A stretch of 30,576 bases of DNA from Eubacteriales bacterium. GTDB taxonomy: Bacteria > Bacillota > Clostridia > Oscillospirales > CAG-382. Position 1 is the stretch's first letter, and every line of letters starts with the position of its first letter. Below the pieces are notes generated by a model that worked only from the letters and a program-made list of their open reading frames with translations, had not been told where the DNA came from and did not search any database. The translations under genes were made by a program, and so were the position numbers. The stretch is taken from contig JAZUQW010000135.1 of assembly GCA_045605905.1 (NCBI GenBank), positions 1 through 30,576 of the forward strand, in the 5' to 3' direction. Positions 27,419 through 30,576 of the stretch are shown here, piece by piece.

Positions 27419-28225
27419 TTGTTACCCAATATTGTGATTATGGATAAAGAATTTCCCGTTTATGCACTTGCTGCACTGATTGGCTTTTTTGCTTTGGTTT
27501 TAACAGTATACAAGTTGGCAAAAAAACAAGGTCTTGATGAAATTGTAATGCTTAACACCGTGTTGTTTGGCGGTATTGGTATTTTGGTCGGAAGTCATCT
27601 TTTATACGGAATTACTAATTTTAAGCTTTTGTGTAGAGTGATTTCCGATGTAGGGAAAGAGGATTTTTCGACTGTTGTAGACGGACTTGCTTTTGTTTTT
27701 GGCGGTGCTGTCTTTTACGGCGGACTCATTGGCGCTATATTTATGGGCTTTTTGTATCTTAAAAGAAAAAATGTGGCTGTAGCTGATTATACAGATATTG
27801 CCACGGTGGGTATACCGATATTTCATTTCTTTGGCAGAATTGGGTGCTTTTTAGGCGGTTGTTGCTATGGCGTTGAAAGCTCTATGGGCTTCGTGTATCA
27901 TTATTCCCCCGTAGAAGAAGCAAACGGAGTACGCCGCTTCCCTGTGCAGTTGACAGAGGCGGCAATTAATTTGTTGTTGTTTGTTTTGTTAATTTGGCTT
28001 TTAAAAAAGAAAAAGGCAAAAGGTCTTCTGTTAAATGTATATCTTTTTCTATACCCCGTGTGTCGCTTTATATTGGAATATTTTCGCGGTGACGACTACA
28101 GAGGCTTTATTTTTAAACTCTCTACCTCTCAATTCATATCGGTGCTGTTAATAATAAGAAGCATAGCTGCTTGGTGGTATAGAAGTACGACAAATAAAAA
28201 ACAAAAGCTCTTTCCTTCAGATTAG
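27419..28225 (+). CDS. lgt: Prolipoprotein diacylglyceryl transferase family protein
   Basis: GG.VFYGGLIG, GRIGCFLGGCCYG, R.PVQL.EA, RFILEYFRGD, STSQFIS; TTG start with a GGAGG RBS. Confidence 0.8.
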   Translation: MLPNIVIMDKEFPVYALAALIGFFALVLTVYKLAKKQGLDEIVMLNTVLFGGIGILVGSHLLYGITNFKLLCRVISDVGKEDFSTVVDGLAFVFGGAVFYGGLIGAIFMGFLYLKRKNVAVADYTDIATVGIPIFHFFGRIGCFLGGCCYGVESSMGFVYHYSPVEEANGVRRFPVQLTEAAINLLLFVLLIWLLKKKKAKGLLLNVYLFLYPVCRFILEYFRGDDYRGFIFKLSTSQFISVLLIIRSIAAWWYRSTTNKKQKLFPSD

Positions 28226-28239
28226 GGAAAGAGCTTTTT
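28203..28239. terminator. Bidirectional terminator between lgt and the YitT gene
   Basis: AAAAGCTCTTTCCT / GGGAAAGAGCTTTT. Confidence 0.7.
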
Positions 28240-28246
28240 GTAATAT

Positions 28247-29137
28247 TCAGCTTTTTACTTTAACAAAGTTGCCGTAGGTTTCGTTTATGGTTTTAGAGAA
28301 GGCAAAGGTGTTATCGTATTTGTCAAGAATGTTGTGAAAATCCAAAATCTGATGGTTGTTTACCACGCACAGCAAAACCGTTTTGTTATCGTTGGTAAAG
28401 CTGCCCACCCCTTCGATTTTGGTACAGCTGTGCTTTAAGGTGTTTAATATTTCGGCGGCAAGCTCATCCCCGTGGGAGGTTATAATGGTGAACTCGCAAG
28501 CAGACTTTGTGCCTTTTATAATATAGTCACCGATAAAGCTTGATATAAAACAATAAAACACGCAAAGACACACAGGCTTGTAATCAAAGCTTAAAGCACC
28601 GTTTTTATCGGGATTTGCGTATACAAAGAAGGACGCGCCCGCTACGATCGCATTTAAAATAAATGTGACCCAAAAGAAATTAAGGCGCGGCTTTTGCAAA
28701 TTGATGTATTTGGCAATAATATCCGTACCGCCTGTAGAAGCCCTGTTTTTAAAGCATATTCCGTAAACAAAGCCGGATATTACGCCGCTTAAAATTACGG
28801 GATAAATAGTGTCGTGCCCTTCGGTAACATACTGAAAAGAATCAAGCCCCAAATTTTGCAAAAGCAAAAAGCTGAACGAATAGGTAAGACAAAAGCACAA
28901 AGAGCGCACCGCAAATTTTCGCCGTACAAAGAAAAACGCCAGCACGCAAAGGGGTACATTTATAAGCAACGACATATAGCCTATGCTAAAGCCGGTTTTA
29001 TACTGTACCATTGTGGCAATGCCGTTAAGTCCGGCGGGGGCAAATCCGTTTTCAACAATAAACAGTTGATAGTTAAATGCTAACAATAGGGCACACAGCA
29101 CTATTTTTAAATACGCAAATATGTTTTTGTGTTTCAT
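28247..29137 (-). CDS. YitT family membrane protein
   Basis: FAPAGLNGIAT, LINVPL, ASTGGTDIIA, C-terminal soluble domain with G.G.FT..NKTVL.CVV. Confidence 0.85.
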   Translation of the reverse strand: MKHKNIFAYLKIVLCALLLAFNYQLFIVENGFAPAGLNGIATMVQYKTGFSIGYMSLLINVPLCVLAFFFVRRKFAVRSLCFCLTYSFSFLLLQNLGLDSFQYVTEGHDTIYPVILSGVISGFVYGICFKNRASTGGTDIIAKYINLQKPRLNFFWVTFILNAIVAGASFFVYANPDKNGALSFDYKPVCLCVFYCFISSFIGDYIIKGTKSACEFTIITSHGDELAAEILNTLKHSCTKIEGVGSFTNDNKTVLLCVVNNHQILDFHNILDKYDNTFAFSKTINETYGNFVKVKS

Positions 29138-29178
29138 TAACTGTTCCTTCTTTAAAAATAATAGTCAAAAACGCATTT

Positions 29179-29207
29179 AATATAGCACTTAAAAATGCTA
29201 AAGTCAA
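29179..29207 (-). promoter_or_regulatory. Sigma-A promoter for the YitT gene
   Basis: Minus strand TTGACT, 17 bp, TATATT with extended TG. Confidence 0.55.
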
Positions 29208-29254
29208 TAACAAAAACAAAATTCGGTATGGGAAAATATTTTTGCCTTTGGGGA

Positions 29255-29283
29255 TTGCTTTTTGTCGACAAATTTTGTATAAT
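29255..29283 (+). promoter_or_regulatory. Sigma-A promoter for the deacetylase gene
   Basis: TTGCTT (29255-29260), 17 bp, TATAAT (29278-29283). Confidence 0.6.
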
Positions 29284-29313
29284 GTGTACACTAAAGAGAG
29301 AAGGGGTGTAACT

Positions 29314-30576
29314 GTGAATAAAAAGATATTGATCGCATTATTGGTTGCTTTTGCGGTTACTGCTGTGGCAGGGATTGTTTTGTTCTCGTTAGGTTGCGAC
29401 CATGATTGGAAGCCGGCAACCTGTACCAAGGCGGAAACCTGCACTGTATGCGGTGAAACAAAGGCAGGTGCGCTTGGCCATAAATGGAGCGATGCTACTT
29501 GTACCGCCCCCAAAACTTGCACGGTATGTAATATTACGGAGGGTAATGCCCTCGGTCACGATTGGCAAGGCGGCTCCTGTACCCAAGGTAAGGTTTGCGC
29601 CCTTTGCGGTGCGTCTTCCGACAGTGCCCCCGGTCACGATTGGCAGGGTGGCTCTTGCACTGAAAGTCCTGTTTGTGCTGTTTGCGGTGAGTCCTACGGC
29701 AGCGCCCTCGGTCACGATTGGGCAGAGGCTACTTGCGTTGCGCCCAAGACCTGTCGTTTGTGCGGTGTAACGGAAGGTCAGACTGCAGAGCATAGTTTTA
29801 CGCCCGCCAACTGTCAGGCACCGGAAACCTGCAAAAATTGCGGTACTACTCAAGGTGAACCCACCGAACATAATTGGGCAGAGGCTACTTGTACTGCCCC
29901 CAAAACCTGCCTTACCTGTCAGCAAACCGAAGGCGAAGCGTTGCCCCACGATTGGAAGAGCGCCACCTGCCAAGCTCCCCGCACCTGTAATAACTGCGGG
30001 TTGACAGAAGGCGACGTGGTGGGCCATCAATGGCAAAAGAACGATTGCGAAGTGCCCAAAACTTGCATAGTATGTGGCGAGACTTCCGGTAGTGCTACCG
30101 GTCACGAATGGGTGGAAGCCACCTGTGTTACTCCCAAAACTTGCTCAATTTGCGGCAAGGTTTCGGGTGTGGCGTTGGGGCATAATTTTACAACCTCCGC
30201 TGATGGCTCCGAAAAAACCTGCAGCATCTGCAACGAAACGATGAAAAACAAGTGCGTAGCCCTTACTATTGATGACGGCCCCTCCGGCGATATCACCAAG
30301 AGATTGCTGGAAGGCTTGGATGCTCGCGGTGCGCGGGCGACCTTCTTCATCTGCGGCTACCGTATTGATACTTTCCCTTCTTATCCTCAATTGATCATGG
30401 ATTACGGCCACGAAATCGGTTTGCACACCGATAACCACGCAACCCTCACAAGATTGGACTATAACGGTATTTACAAGGAATTGGCAGATATGTACAGCCA
30501 GCTTCCCGCCGATTATAACGTGCGCTTGATGCGTCCCCCCGGAGGAGCTTATAACGATACGGTTAAGCAGGTTTGC
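29314..30576 (+). CDS. Secreted/membrane-anchored CE4 polysaccharide deacetylase with N-terminal His/Cys repeats (partial, runs off the window)
   Basis: Manual translation from GTG 29314 is open to the window end: MNKKILIALLVAF... signal, repeats, then ALTIDDGP, ATFF, HEIGLHTDNH, RPPGG (NodB motifs). Not in the ORF track. Confidence 0.9.
   Translation, partial: MNKKILIALLVAFAVTAVAGIVLFSLGCDHDWKPATCTKAETCTVCGETKAGALGHKWSDATCTAPKTCTVCNITEGNALGHDWQGGSCTQGKVCALCGASSDSAPGHDWQGGSCTESPVCAVCGESYGSALGHDWAEATCVAPKTCRLCGVTEGQTAEHSFTPANCQAPETCKNCGTTQGEPTEHNWAEATCTAPKTCLTCQQTEGEALPHDWKSATCQAPRTCNNCGLTEGDVVGHQWQKNDCEVPKTCIVCGETSGSATGHEWVEATCVTPKTCSICGKVSGVALGHNFTTSADGSEKTCSICNETMKNKCVALTIDDGPSGDITKRLLEGLDARGARATFFICGYRIDTFPSYPQLIMDYGHEIGLHTDNHATLTRLDYNGIYKELADMYSQLPADYNVRLMRPPGGAYNDTVKQVC
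29401..30240 (+). repeat. Ten complete plus one partial 26-aa repeats, H-x-W-x4-C-x5-C-x2-C
   Basis: His codons recur exactly every 78 nt from 29401 to 30181, e.g. HKWSDATCTAPKTCTVCNITEGNALG. Confidence 0.9.

Noticed and set aside
29314-29397. Lipoprotein signal (FSLGC) as a dedicated substrate of the nearby Lgt
   Set aside because: S-L-G-C fits the lipobox poorly at -3, and the Cys may simply precede the first repeat.
29073-30438. Minus-strand and alternate-frame ORFs over the last gene
   Set aside because: Shadow ORFs of the repeat-rich deacetylase, which carries the clear motifs.

Overview
This window is mostly housekeeping and cell-envelope chromosome from what looks like a Clostridia-type Firmicute (inferred from gene families, sigma-A promoters and a sortase-type sorting signal). 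Genes in order: degenerate P-type ATPase, DUF1858, GDPD, mscL, pyridoxal kinase, orphan excisionase-like HTH, dapF, ung, an envelope operon (repeat surface protein, uppP, ftsK, hypothetical, GtrA, UGM-like flavoprotein, GT-C glycosyltransferase), a cell-wall-anchored discoidin-like protein, HAD hydrolase, HI0933 flavoprotein, rubrerythrin, polA, B12 radical SAM, rsmI, XRE, DUF4190, Lgt, YitT, and a His/Cys-repeat polysaccharide deacetylase that runs off the right edge and is absent from the ORF track. I saw no tRNA, rRNA, CRISPR array, integrase or transposase. The most notable items are: (1) a REP-like palindromic repeat family at three intergenic sites, with a compensatory base change; (2) two divergent promoters that each lead into a terminator-bounded segment with no long ORF; (3) a GtrA + mutase-like + GT-C module with no GT2 partner; (4) a P-type ATPase that has lost nearly all catalytic motifs; (5) the 26-aa His/Cys3 repeat deacetylase. 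All functional calls come from motif recognition by eye; no database searches were run.
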